A stretch of 64,000 nucleotides of DNA. It comes from a virus. Its lineage: Duplodnaviria; Caudoviricetes. Shown here one piece after another: positions 17,148-25,851 of this stretch. Numbering within the stretch: the first letter of the stretch is position 1; each line of letters begins with the position of its first letter. The translations under genes were made by a program, and so were the position numbers. The notes under the pieces were generated by a model. The model was not told the origin of the DNA, made no database searches, and worked only from the letters and a program-made list of their open reading frames with translations. The stretch lies in IMG/VR virus record IMGVR_UViG_3300042881_004206; one strand, given 5' to 3'.

Positions 17148-17625
17148 AATTTCAGTCATTTATTTGGACATGGACGGTGTTATCGCAAATTTTATTAAGC
17201 GGTATGAAGAATTGTTTGGTATGAAACCGGAAAGAGCAGATAAATCTGGCAAGTTCAATCGACAATTTGATATGTTCATACATGAGAAAAACTTTCAGAC
17301 ACTGGATTTGATGCCTGATGCATCTAAACTTTTAGAGTTTCTCCGAAAGGCACCTGTACCTACTCAAATTTTATCTTCTACGGCTCGTGAGGATAGACAT
17401 GATGAAATTTCAAAACAAAAAATGGTTTGGCTGCAAACTCATGGTATTACATTTAAACCTAATTTTGTTCCAGGTAAGAAACTGAAAAAGAATTTTGCGA
17501 AACCTGACGCATTAATTATTGATGATACTGAAAGTATTATAGATGATTGGCGAAATGCTGGTGGAATTGCAATTTGGCACAAAGATGCAGAAACCACTAT
17601 AACACAACTCAAAATGTACATTTGA
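17134..17625 (+). CDS. HAD-family 5'(3')-deoxyribonucleotidase-like protein
   Basis: YLDMDGVIANF, ILSS, K, LIIDD motifs. Confidence 0.8.
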   Translation: MNKPKISVIYLDMDGVIANFIKRYEELFGMKPERADKSGKFNRQFDMFIHEKNFQTLDLMPDASKLLEFLRKAPVPTQILSSTAREDRHDEISKQKMVWLQTHGITFKPNFVPGKKLKKNFAKPDALIIDDTESIIDDWRNAGGIAIWHKDAETTITQLKMYI

Positions 17626-17630
17626 ATGTG

Positions 17631-17638
17631 CATAAATA
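17631..17638 (+). promoter_or_regulatory. T4-type late promoter variant
   Basis: CATAAATA, 31 nt before ATG 17669. Confidence 0.45.
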
Positions 17639-17668
17639 AGGTATTAGAACTTTTATTTTAGACTAAAA

Positions 17669-17866
17669 ATGCTTAATCCTATTGACGCAGCAATCGAAGC
17701 AGTAGTCGCATCAAAAATTGGTAAAGACCACCCTTCAGCCGGAGAACTGGTTTCTCGGTATAAAGGTGTTGCTGCATCCTTACAATGCAATGGTTCCAGA
17801 ATGGATCTGGAACAATTTCAAAAAATGATGCAGGATTTGATGCAAGAACTACATTCAATTAGATAA
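17669..17866 (+). CDS. hypothetical protein
   Basis: 65-aa ORF. Confidence 0.5.
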   Translation: MLNPIDAAIEAVVASKIGKDHPSAGELVSRYKGVAASLQCNGSRMDLEQFQKMMQDLMQELHSIR

Positions 17867-17884
17867 AATATACCGTTTTAATTG

Positions 17885-17913
17885 TTGACATAGGATAAAA
17901 CCTATGTTATACT
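17885..17913 (+). promoter_or_regulatory. sigma70 promoter of gp32 with palindromic spacer
   Basis: TTGACA-17 nt-TATACT; ACATAGG-ATAAAA-CCTATGT. Confidence 0.75.
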
Positions 17914-17977
17914 AAGATTTCGTTATGAATAATGTGGATAATCCGTTTATACTCCGTTTATACAAGAAAGGTAATTT

Positions 17978-18850
17978 ATGAGCTCATTTGCAAACCTCAA
18001 ACGCCAATCTGGCAACCTCGATAAGCTGACCAAAGCAATCGAAGCCCTTAACTCCTCAGAGGGCACAGAGAGTCGAGATAATTTCTGGCGCCCCGAAGTC
18101 GATAAAGCCGGTAACGGTATGGCGACCATTCGTTTTCTTCCTGCATCACCTGGCGATGGTGATGATTCTCTACCTTGGGTCAAGGTATTCTCTCATGGTT
18201 TCCAGGGTCCTGGTGGCTGGTTGATTGATAACTGCCTGACAACCAAGAGCCAACAATGTCCTGTGTGTGAACACAATAACAAGTTGTGGAACTCAGGTAT
18301 TGAAGCCAACAAGGAAATCGTCCGTAAACAAAAGCGTAAGCTAAACTACATTGCTAATGTGTATATTGTTTCGGATCCTAAGCATCCCGAGAACGAAGGG
18401 CAAGTTAAACTGTTCAAGTTCGGTAAGAAAATCTTTGATAAGATTACTGAAGCAATGAATCCTGCTTTCGAAGATGAAACTGCAATTAATCCTTTTGATT
18501 TCTGGAAAGGTGCAAACTTCAAGCTGAAGATTCGTAAGGTAGAAGGTTATCAGAATTACGATAAGTCTGAATTCGAATCGCCTTCCGCATTGTCTAATGA
18601 TGATGACGAACTTGAAAAAATCTGGAAGCAAGAACATACTCTCAAGGATCTTGTTGCTGACAAGGAATTCAAGTCTTATGATGAACTAAAGACTCGTCTT
18701 GATAAAGTTCTTGGTCTGAATGGTGAAACTGCACCAGTTAAGACTACTGTTGAACAACTGAAGTCTGCTCCAAAGAAAGATGTTGAACCTCCTTGGGAAG
18801 ATTCATCTGATGAAGATATGGCTTACTTTAGTAAGTTGGCAGAAGAATAA
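17978..18850 (+). CDS. gp32: single-stranded DNA-binding protein gp32
   Basis: DKAGNGMATIRFLP, HGFQGPGGW, CPVC, FKFGKKIFDKI, GANFKLKIRKV, acidic tail ending YFSKLAEE. Confidence 0.96.
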   Translation: MSSFANLKRQSGNLDKLTKAIEALNSSEGTESRDNFWRPEVDKAGNGMATIRFLPASPGDGDDSLPWVKVFSHGFQGPGGWLIDNCLTTKSQQCPVCEHNNKLWNSGIEANKEIVRKQKRKLNYIANVYIVSDPKHPENEGQVKLFKFGKKIFDKITEAMNPAFEDETAINPFDFWKGANFKLKIRKVEGYQNYDKSEFESPSALSNDDDELEKIWKQEHTLKDLVADKEFKSYDELKTRLDKVLGLNGETAPVKTTVEQLKSAPKKDVEPPWEDSSDEDMAYFSKLAEE

Positions 18851-18873
18851 GGCCGTGTGAAGGCCGTGCCTAG

Positions 18874-18896
18874 ACCCCGCTTCGGCGGGGTTTTTT
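18874..18896 (+). terminator. intrinsic terminator after gp32
   Basis: ACCCCGC-TTCG-GCGGGGT followed by T run; lies between convergent genes. Confidence 0.9.
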
Positions 18897-18901
18897 ATTG
18901 G

Positions 18902-20203
18902 TTAAACTACTCTTGTTGAATAGTAAATCATTCTTTGAAATGTTTCTTCTGGATTTCGAACAGATATTTTATCCAGTTTCGAAATGATCATTGATTGGTT
19001 CTTTTGTGTCTGTGAAACATTTGTCAAATTATTAACAGGAGCGGCCGCTGGTGCCTTTGGAAGATTTAATGTTTGATTTTCTTTGACAACACTTTCAAGT
19101 TGTTGCGGTCCCATTCTTGGCATGATTGGTGGTTCTGCTGGTGTAGTGGGTAATGCCGGCACATTAATAGGTCTGAGCATACCTTTTGGATTTGCAGTTA
19201 ACCATTCTTGCAATTCTTTACGAGTTTTTCCGGTTTCTTGTACAAGTTCTTGGTCGTTGAGGTTGCTACCTATTAATTCTCTTACATAACTTGCCGACAT
19301 ATCTCTTACCGCACGTCTGCGAAGTTGTTCACCACCTTGTTTTTCACTCTTTGCTTGTCCTCTCAGTTGTAGTGCATATGCATCATTATCAAACTTTGGA
19401 TTGAAAGGATCAGCTTCTATTTGTTTTCTTTTTTCACCCGTAAAAGATACGAATCCCAATAATGCTGCGGCAAAAGCTGCAGGACCAGCTGCAGTACCAA
19501 CTAACGCCTTTAAAGGTAGTGCAGACAATATATTTTTTGCGAATCCACCCAATAGACTCACAAATGGTTTTAAACCCATCAACCAATCTAAAGACTTTTC
19601 TATCATCACTTGAACTAAACCTTTGAACGATTCGAACATTTTTCTGATCGTTTCTAAAATTGAACCGAAAAGTGAACCATCATTTTCTTTTGGTTGTTTA
19701 TTGATAGTGCCTGTACCGACTCCTGTAATCGCTTTGATTAATTCTTTATGTCTTTTTTCTTTTTCTAAGTCTTCTTCCTCACGGCGATTGTTTAATAGTT
19801 CATATCTATTTTTTTCATTTTCATGATTAGACTTCAAGAAATTAAAAATATCAGTCAATATTCCCAGAGTAGAACCACCATCACCTCTAGGCAAAGCGCC
19901 AATTCTGTCGGCAGTTGTATTTCTACCAATAGGTCTTGCAGTGCCAGCAAAATACTGAATGTCTCTTTGACTTCTACCTAACATTCTACCCAATAACGCC
20001 GGCGCAAGATTTGATCCACCAGTTAAAAATTTTGCAATATTTAAAGGATCAAATTTTTCTTTTATTCTAGTCAATCTCGCAACAGACTTTTGACTAATTC
20101 CTTTTGTAAATGCACCAGAATAAGATTCGCCAGCAACAAGATTAGCTGCTATAACATCAGCAAGCGATCTGTTTCTTATATTTCTTGCTATTTGATAGTC
20201 CAT
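18902..20203 (-). CDS. virion protein at tape-measure/hub (gp29-like) position
   Basis: Helical 433-aa protein with charged coiled coil and hydrophobic ALVGTAAGPAAFAAALLGFVSF segment; synteny downstream of gp26/gp51. Confidence 0.55.
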   Translation of the reverse strand: MDYQIARNIRNRSLADVIAANLVAGESYSGAFTKGISQKSVARLTRIKEKFDPLNIAKFLTGGSNLAPALLGRMLGRSQRDIQYFAGTARPIGRNTTADRIGALPRGDGGSTLGILTDIFNFLKSNHENEKNRYELLNNRREEEDLEKEKRHKELIKAITGVGTGTINKQPKENDGSLFGSILETIRKMFESFKGLVQVMIEKSLDWLMGLKPFVSLLGGFAKNILSALPLKALVGTAAGPAAFAAALLGFVSFTGEKRKQIEADPFNPKFDNDAYALQLRGQAKSEKQGGEQLRRRAVRDMSASYVRELIGSNLNDQELVQETGKTRKELQEWLTANPKGMLRPINVPALPTTPAEPPIMPRMGPQQLESVVKENQTLNLPKAPAAAPVNNLTNVSQTQKNQSMIISKLDKISVRNPEETFQRMIYYSTRVV

Positions 20204-21564
20204 TATTGTCTCGATTTTCTAATTAGTGGTGGTGTGATTTCTTCTACCTTTTTGGTATCTATCTGTGGCGATTGTGATGTTTGTGCAACATTGTTTATGT
20301 TATTGATTATGTTGCCGGCCGTTTCATTCATTTCGCGCTTCAAGTTTTTATTTTCTTTTGACAAAGAATCTACAGGTAGATTTGGTGCATTTATTCTCGG
20401 TTCTTGTATTGGTATATTCTTTAAACCATTTTTAATAGATTCGGCATTTTCTTTGGCCCTACCTTTTACCTGTGTGGCATAAACGGAAGAAAGTATATTT
20501 TTTGATGCTTCATCCAACTGAAGATTTTCTAACTGCTTCATTAAAATTGGCCAATTTTTATACCAATTGACGCCCATGTTATATGTCATATCAACAAGAG
20601 CTGTTTGTGCTTGAAGATTCAATTTATCAAAATTTGGAATTTTTCTTGCATTTTCCTCATATTTCGGATAATCCTGTTTTAAGAGTTCATATGCATCTTC
20701 TTTAGAAATAACTGTGTCTTTTCCTCTTTCACCTAACACAGGAATTTTTTTATTGCCTGCCATGATGTAACCATTTTTTATTTCATTTTCCGTAATTTGA
20801 TGACCATAACCAACAGAATATAATTTTCTAGGATCACCTTTCTTCGGATCTAGATAAGATTTACCCGCAAAGCCCTCTTTGGATGATATTCTTGCAAGTG
20901 CTTCTTTTTGTAATGAAGCTGCAGTCACGGCTGTTCCGACCGCAATAGATGGAACTATTGGTGGTTTAGATACTGCAACTGGTGGTTTTGTTGGTGTTGC
21001 CGGTGGTGCAGGCGGTTTAGTCGGTGCAACCGGTGGTTTTGGTGCCGCCACAGGTGGTGCCGGTGCGGCCGGCGGTCTAGTTGCAACAGGAGGCTTGGTT
21101 GTTGTCACCGGTGGGGTTGTGGTGGTAACAGGAGGCTTGGTTGTTGTCACCGGTGGGGTTGTGGTGGTAACAGGAGGCTTGGTTGCAACAGGCGGTAATG
21201 TGGTAACTTCCGTAGGTTTTTTTAATTCTTTTGGAGGTTTTTCGCCCTTAGATTCTTTTGGTATTTCTTTGATTACTTTTTCAGGCTTAACTTTTTTCAG
21301 TTTTTGGCCAGTCAGAGCTTTAATTAGTTCGCGATTTCTTTTGTTTTCTCTTAAACCATCCAATTTTAAACTAAGATTTTCTATTTCACTCCTGACTTTT
21401 CTTTCTTCTTCCAGTCTGACCATAATTTTAAAAATTTCACCTAGAGCTGTTCTGGATGTTTTAAACTGAACACCAGTGGATTCAGCATCAACTGAACCTA
21501 AACTGAAAAGTGAAGACACCTTGTTCTTTAACTTTTCCGAAATACTTAGTTTTTCTTTTTCCAT
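20203..21564 (-). CDS. virion-associated T4-lysozyme-family (GH24) muramidase with coiled-coil N-terminus and Pro/Thr linker
   Basis: EGFAGKSYLD (E..D spacing of T4L E11/D20), YSVGYGH, ALVDMTYNMG, YATQVKGRA. Confidence 0.8.
   Translation of the reverse strand: MEKEKLSISEKLKNKVSSLFSLGSVDAESTGVQFKTSRTALGEIFKIMVRLEEERKVRSEIENLSLKLDGLRENKRNRELIKALTGQKLKKVKPEKVIKEIPKESKGEKPPKELKKPTEVTTLPPVATKPPVTTTTPPVTTTKPPVTTTTPPVTTTKPPVATRPPAAPAPPVAAPKPPVAPTKPPAPPATPTKPPVAVSKPPIVPSIAVGTAVTAASLQKEALARISSKEGFAGKSYLDPKKGDPRKLYSVGYGHQITENEIKNGYIMAGNKKIPVLGERGKDTVISKEDAYELLKQDYPKYEENARKIPNFDKLNLQAQTALVDMTYNMGVNWYKNWPILMKQLENLQLDEASKNILSSVYATQVKGRAKENAESIKNGLKNIPIQEPRINAPNLPVDSLSKENKNLKREMNETAGNIINNINNVAQTSQSPQIDTKKVEEITPPLIRKSRQ
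21085..21185. repeat. 42-nt tandem repeat (2.4 copies) encoding PPVTTTTPPVTTTK
   Basis: AACAGGAGGCTTGGTTG... restarts at 21085, 21127 and 21169. Confidence 0.9.
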
Positions 21565-21696
21565 TTATGATCGTCTTAGTTCTTTTAATTTTTGATTTTC
21601 TTCCTCAATATATTGTATCAACATGGAAATATAAATGTCTCTTTCCCACGGCATCATATTCTCAAGTTCCGTAAGGCTGTATTTGTGGTGTTGCAC
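21565..21696 (-). CDS. gp51: baseplate hub assembly protein gp51-like, absent from ORF track
   Basis: GTG start; VQHHKYSLTELENMMPWERDIYISMLIQYIEEENQKLKELRRS; the frame stays open upstream into the gp26 3' end. Confidence 0.8.
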   Translation of the reverse strand: MQHHKYSLTELENMMPWERDIYISMLIQYIEEENQKLKELRRS

Positions 21697-21746
21697 CAAA
21701 GAGAAATTAGTTTTGTAGTAATTTCTCAAATCATCATGACGAAATG

Positions 21747-22472
21747 TTAACCGAAAAAACTTTCTAGGCCTTCCACATCAATTTTATGTTCGAAACCACA
21801 TTTGCCACATTTCATTTCAATTTTATCTCTTAACTTTGGTAGATTGCCAAAAAATTCTTCTACTTTCTCAAACTGTTGTTGATTCATCGACTCTATAAAT
21901 TCAATCAATTCTTTTTCTGTAGATTCTTTTGCATAGTAAAATTGTTCACCATCATAAATGTACTCAATACTGTGTGCAATCATACTGAATGTCATTTCAC
22001 CGGCATTTTCATATTTTAATGAGTCTTTAATTTTACCAAATTCTGGATATTTAAACTTGACAGTCAACTTTTCATTCAATTGAATTTCTGGTTTAATCTC
22101 AGAATTAATTTCAACTTTTAAATTTAAAAGATTTAATTGATTGTCCATGATGTTATTACATTCTTTTCCTTCAACAAAGTTGTTGCATCTATATTTTGAT
22201 TCAACAACTTCACCAACAGACTTTGCCCTCAGGTGAATGAAAAGATATTCTACATCGATTACGGGCAGTTCATCAACCTTTATATTTTTTGTCAGAATAC
22301 AGTTTACTAAAACATCTTTGATTGCTCTATGAACTTCTTCCGTTTCATTAGATTCCATTGCCATCAAAAGATTTCTTTGTTCTTTAACAAGAAATGGTCT
22401 ATATTTAATCTTTTTCTTGGAAACTGGTAATGTCAATTCATAGGTTGGTGTATCAATTTTGGGCAAAGCCAT
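21747..22472 (-). CDS. gp26: baseplate hub assembly protein gp26
   Basis: MALPKIDTPTYELTLP, YRPFLVKEQ, IDVEYLFIHLRAKSVGE, C..C, GLESFFG. Confidence 0.9.
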   Translation of the reverse strand: MALPKIDTPTYELTLPVSKKKIKYRPFLVKEQRNLLMAMESNETEEVHRAIKDVLVNCILTKNIKVDELPVIDVEYLFIHLRAKSVGEVVESKYRCNNFVEGKECNNIMDNQLNLLNLKVEINSEIKPEIQLNEKLTVKFKYPEFGKIKDSLKYENAGEMTFSMIAHSIEYIYDGEQFYYAKESTEKELIEFIESMNQQQFEKVEEFFGNLPKLRDKIEMKCGKCGFEHKIDVEGLESFFG

Positions 22473-22482
22473 AATAACTCCT

Positions 22483-23133
22483 TCATGTAAAATTCAATAA
22501 AATATTATTTGTTAGTCCTCTATAATTTTTCCAATATGTGTAGGCAAAAGTCACAGTTATCTTATGATAACCATCGTTACCCCAATCCAGATCCATTTGA
22601 TTGATCGAAATTGGAAAAGCTTCATACAATTCTACAGTATATGAAGGAAAATCATTTACATCATACTGATTGATTGTTAATGTTGTTTGATATTGATCTC
22701 TGTATCTAAAATTATTTGTGTCTGAAGGATTGATATATTCGATCCAATCGTCAAATAAGAATTTTTCTTCCATCTTATCTGAGACAATGAAAGTTAAGTC
22801 AATATCATTATATGTTGTAAGATATGGGTGCTTTTCAATGGGACCATATATTCTCTGATCAGCTGTCGCTAAATTTCGGCCAGGTAAGTTTGCATTTTCG
22901 CATCGAAAGATTAAACTTCTAATTGTCGAATATCTGGTAAGTCTTTCTGCGGTGACCGTAAAAGATTGTTCAGTACCAGATACTAATGATTCGGCCGCAC
23001 CAGATGGTGTTTCACTCGTATTAAACAAGTTGCCATTCAAAAATCCGCTAGGAATAGGCACCATGACATTAAATCTACTTGTTCTTGCCAAGTCGGTTCT
23101 AAAACTGGATTTGAAGTCATTTAAACTAGGCAT
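22483..23133 (-). CDS. tail tube family protein (gp54/gp19-like)
   Basis: CENANLPGRNL, YNDIDLTF, FDDW, EAFPISI, VTFAYTYW. Confidence 0.8.
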   Translation of the reverse strand: MPSLNDFKSSFRTDLARTSRFNVMVPIPSGFLNGNLFNTSETPSGAAESLVSGTEQSFTVTAERLTRYSTIRSLIFRCENANLPGRNLATADQRIYGPIEKHPYLTTYNDIDLTFIVSDKMEEKFLFDDWIEYINPSDTNNFRYRDQYQTTLTINQYDVNDFPSYTVELYEAFPISINQMDLDWGNDGYHKITVTFAYTYWKNYRGLTNNILLNFT

Positions 23134-23739
23134 TTAAGATTTCCTTATCTCCTGTAGAGAATCTCGCCAAACTTCATTTGGCTTTGCTTTTCTGAATTGT
23201 TGCACTGGCAAATATGTCGCAATATCCCACTCATTAGGTTGTACCGCCAAAATCCTTGACCTTATTTGTGGATATAGGTATCTTTTTAGACAAGGTTTAT
23301 ATTCTCTAAATCTCCTGGTGGAATTCAGTATCTCATAGGTGATTCTTATTCTCTTTAACTCGTCCTGGTCGGTGTAGATTGCACCAAAACCAATTAATTT
23401 TTTCAGGAGTGCAACTCTATACTTGACGGGCAAATAGTGTAGGTTTAGTCCCAGGAATCCGTCAGTGTATCTTTCCAATATCAAAACCAATGGGAAAGTA
23501 TCATAATATGGTAAATCATCCTTGTTTTTTGGGTTATAATAGAAAAAATATAAACCACCCATTAGAAATCTGCGTGTATATCTATTTTTTTCCGATCTAA
23601 TTTGAGCCGGAACTGCACGTATATTCTTTATCTCAGCTATTCTTTGAACTAACCATTGTACAGCTTGACGGCTGAGCGTTTGCATTTCAGCTGCCGTTTT
23701 TTCGCGTTCTAGTAGTGTGAGATGAGATTCTTTTGCCAT
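23134..23739 (-). CDS. gp2: DNA end protector protein gp2
   Basis: FYYNPKNKDDLPYYDTFPLV, GFLGLNLHYLP, CLKRYL, EW. Confidence 0.9.
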   Translation of the reverse strand: MAKESHLTLLEREKTAAEMQTLSRQAVQWLVQRIAEIKNIRAVPAQIRSEKNRYTRRFLMGGLYFFYYNPKNKDDLPYYDTFPLVLILERYTDGFLGLNLHYLPVKYRVALLKKLIGFGAIYTDQDELKRIRITYEILNSTRRFREYKPCLKRYLYPQIRSRILAVQPNEWDIATYLPVQQFRKAKPNEVWRDSLQEIRKS

Positions 23740-23743
23740 ATTC

Positions 23744-23751
23744 TATTTATT
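23744..23751 (-). promoter_or_regulatory. late promoter variant for gp2 operon
   Basis: AATAAATA on minus strand, 5 nt before gp2 ATG. Confidence 0.45.
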
Positions 23752-24184
23752 TCAATCCTAAATGTTCTTCAGTTATTACTTTGAATTCCCAACCCCGGTC
23801 TAAACAATACTCATTGGCAGCTTTCCATTTTGCCTGATTCACGCCCCATGTTGCAACTTCTTGAATGTACTGTTTTGTGACCCTTTTCTTCTTTTCTGGT
23901 GGCTGAGCTTGTTTTTTTGGTTTTACTTCCAACATCATTGTTTTCAAAATACCATCTCTAGTTCGAAATTTAACTAAAAAGTCAGGGAAATAACGATGCC
24001 ACTTACCATCAACTGGTGATTTATAAGGAATGGTCATTTCTTCAGATGCCCAAGATATAATTTGTGGATTTTTGTCGAGCCAATTCATCACTCGACATTC
24101 CCAACTCGAGCGATATACAATATTTTTATGATCCCCAATGTATTTTTGAGGATTTGTTGGTCGAAATAAACCTGAATAAGCCAT
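23747..24184 (-). CDS. gp4: head completion nuclease gp4
   Basis: MAYSG, YRSSWE, WASEE, YFPDF, EVKP, NQAKWKAA; start at 24184. Confidence 0.92.
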   Translation of the reverse strand: MAYSGLFRPTNPQKYIGDHKNIVYRSSWECRVMNWLDKNPQIISWASEEMTIPYKSPVDGKWHRYFPDFLVKFRTRDGILKTMMLEVKPKKQAQPPEKKKRVTKQYIQEVATWGVNQAKWKAANEYCLDRGWEFKVITEEHLGLK

Positions 24185-24191
24185 ATAAATA
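24184..24191 (+). promoter_or_regulatory. T4 late promoter
   Basis: Perfect TATAAATA between divergent gp4 and gp48. Confidence 0.8.
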
Positions 24192-24218
24192 GTATGTATA
24201 TCTGTTTCCGGAAAAACC

Positions 24219-25253
24219 ATGGCCATAACAATAACACTACCAAGTTCTCTCGGAGGAATTATTGGACCAACTGAAACAATCGGTGGTCCTCTATCTTCCT
24301 TATACGAATCTCAATATGATGTTGCAAATTTGCATTATCCGAGAAACTTAGGTGCAACAAATAGAGGTCACTCCGTTCTTTTTACCATTCAGAAGGTAAA
24401 AGAAGTAACCTTGGAAGAAGGTGCTCAAGGAATTACGGACTTATTTAATAATCAGTATATAACTGGATATGATCCAATAAGTGGTCTTCCGACGACTTAT
24501 GATAAAATATTTGACACAAACTTTTCTCTTTCTGACACACTAAGTGGTTTTACGAATTTTTTTGGTGGTAATACAACCACATCCTTAAATTCTTCACAAA
24601 TCACTAGTTTCATTAGAAATACTGGAACATCGATTGGCACCAAACTACAGAGTGCTCTGAAACAGAGAACTGAACTGGCTGGCCAGATTGAATTATACAT
24701 GCCCGAAAACTTGAATTTTAGTTATGATGCACAATACAATTCACTTTCTTTAATTGAGGCTGCAGCTTCAATACCTCTGGTTGGTAAACTGGCTTCAGGT
24801 ATAAATTCAATAATGCAGAATAGTGCTGCAAAATTGGTACTAAACAGAGCTGGATATGTCTTTAACCCACAGCAACAGTTGTTATTTGAGGGTATTGATT
24901 TCAGAACATACCAAATGTCGTTTACTTTTTCTCCTGTTTCGCGAGAAGAAGCAAACATGGTGAAAAAAATTATTAGAGAATTTAGAAGATATGCTGCACC
25001 ATCAATTGTAAGAGAAGCTGCAGGTATGTTTTTTGTTCCTCCTGCAATATTTGAGTTACAGTTTAAATATAATGGTCAAGAAAATAAAAATTTAAACAAA
25101 ATTGAAAAGAGTGTAATTACAAATATTGAAGTAAATTATGCACCAAACGGCTGGGCCGCACACAATGATGGCGCACCAGTTCAAACTACAATGACACTAT
25201 CATTCAAAGAAATCGCACTCATTGACAGAGCTAAGATCGAAGAAGGTTTCTAA
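24219..25253 (+). CDS. gp48: baseplate tail-tube cap gp48-like
   Basis: LHYP, IELYMP, FNPQQQLLFEGIDFRTYQMSF, PVQTTMTLSFKE. Confidence 0.8.
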   Translation: MAITITLPSSLGGIIGPTETIGGPLSSLYESQYDVANLHYPRNLGATNRGHSVLFTIQKVKEVTLEEGAQGITDLFNNQYITGYDPISGLPTTYDKIFDTNFSLSDTLSGFTNFFGGNTTTSLNSSQITSFIRNTGTSIGTKLQSALKQRTELAGQIELYMPENLNFSYDAQYNSLSLIEAAASIPLVGKLASGINSIMQNSAAKLVLNRAGYVFNPQQQLLFEGIDFRTYQMSFTFSPVSREEANMVKKIIREFRRYAAPSIVREAAGMFFVPPAIFELQFKYNGQENKNLNKIEKSVITNIEVNYAPNGWAAHNDGAPVQTTMTLSFKEIALIDRAKIEEGF

Positions 25254-25254
25254 A

Positions 25255-25848
25255 ATGCAGTATTTCGATTCACTACCTAAATTATATACAATAACCCCTA
25301 GAGGTACCAGCGTTCTGACTAATATAATGGCCAGAGCCAGTATTATACAATCAGTACTTAATAATCCTTTATTATATTACACTTATGATATACAAGATAG
25401 TGATACACCAGAAATTGTTGCACATAAGTATTATGGATCATCTTATTATTATTGGGTGTTAATGTACACAAATCAATTAACTGATCCTTTGTGGGACTGG
25501 CCACTAAGTAGAAGAAATTTTGATGCATATATTGAACAAAAATATACACAATTTGATCCATATACAACAACACATCATTATGAAAAAATTATAACTCAAG
25601 TTGATGCTGGTACTAATACAACTACAGAAAATATTGTCAATATTTCTCTAATTGATTATATTGTTTTACAAGAAACAACTACAACATATTCTTTACCCAC
25701 AGGACAAGTTACTGTGTCGGTAACAAAAAAAGCTGTTTCGTATTATGAATATGAATTAAATTTAAATGAATCGAAAAGAACAATAAAAATATTGAACAAA
25801 TCTTATCTCGGTCAATTTGAAGATGAATTAAAAAGATTGATGCTTTAA
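25255..25848 (+). CDS. gp53: baseplate wedge gp53
   Basis: MQYFDSLP, DTPEIVAHKYYG...YWVLM, DWPL, YEYELNLNESKRTIKIL. Confidence 0.9.
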   Translation: MQYFDSLPKLYTITPRGTSVLTNIMARASIIQSVLNNPLLYYTYDIQDSDTPEIVAHKYYGSSYYYWVLMYTNQLTDPLWDWPLSRRNFDAYIEQKYTQFDPYTTTHHYEKIITQVDAGTNTTTENIVNISLIDYIVLQETTTTYSLPTGQVTVSVTKKAVSYYEYELNLNESKRTIKILNKSYLGQFEDELKRLML

Positions 25849-25851
25849 AAT

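Noticed and set aside
18849-18870. AAGGCCGTG direct repeat after the gp32 stop
   Set aside because: Only two 9-nt copies, no further context
20879-21469. 196-aa plus-strand Gly/Val-rich ORF
   Set aside because: Antisense shadow of the Pro/Thr linker of the lysozyme gene
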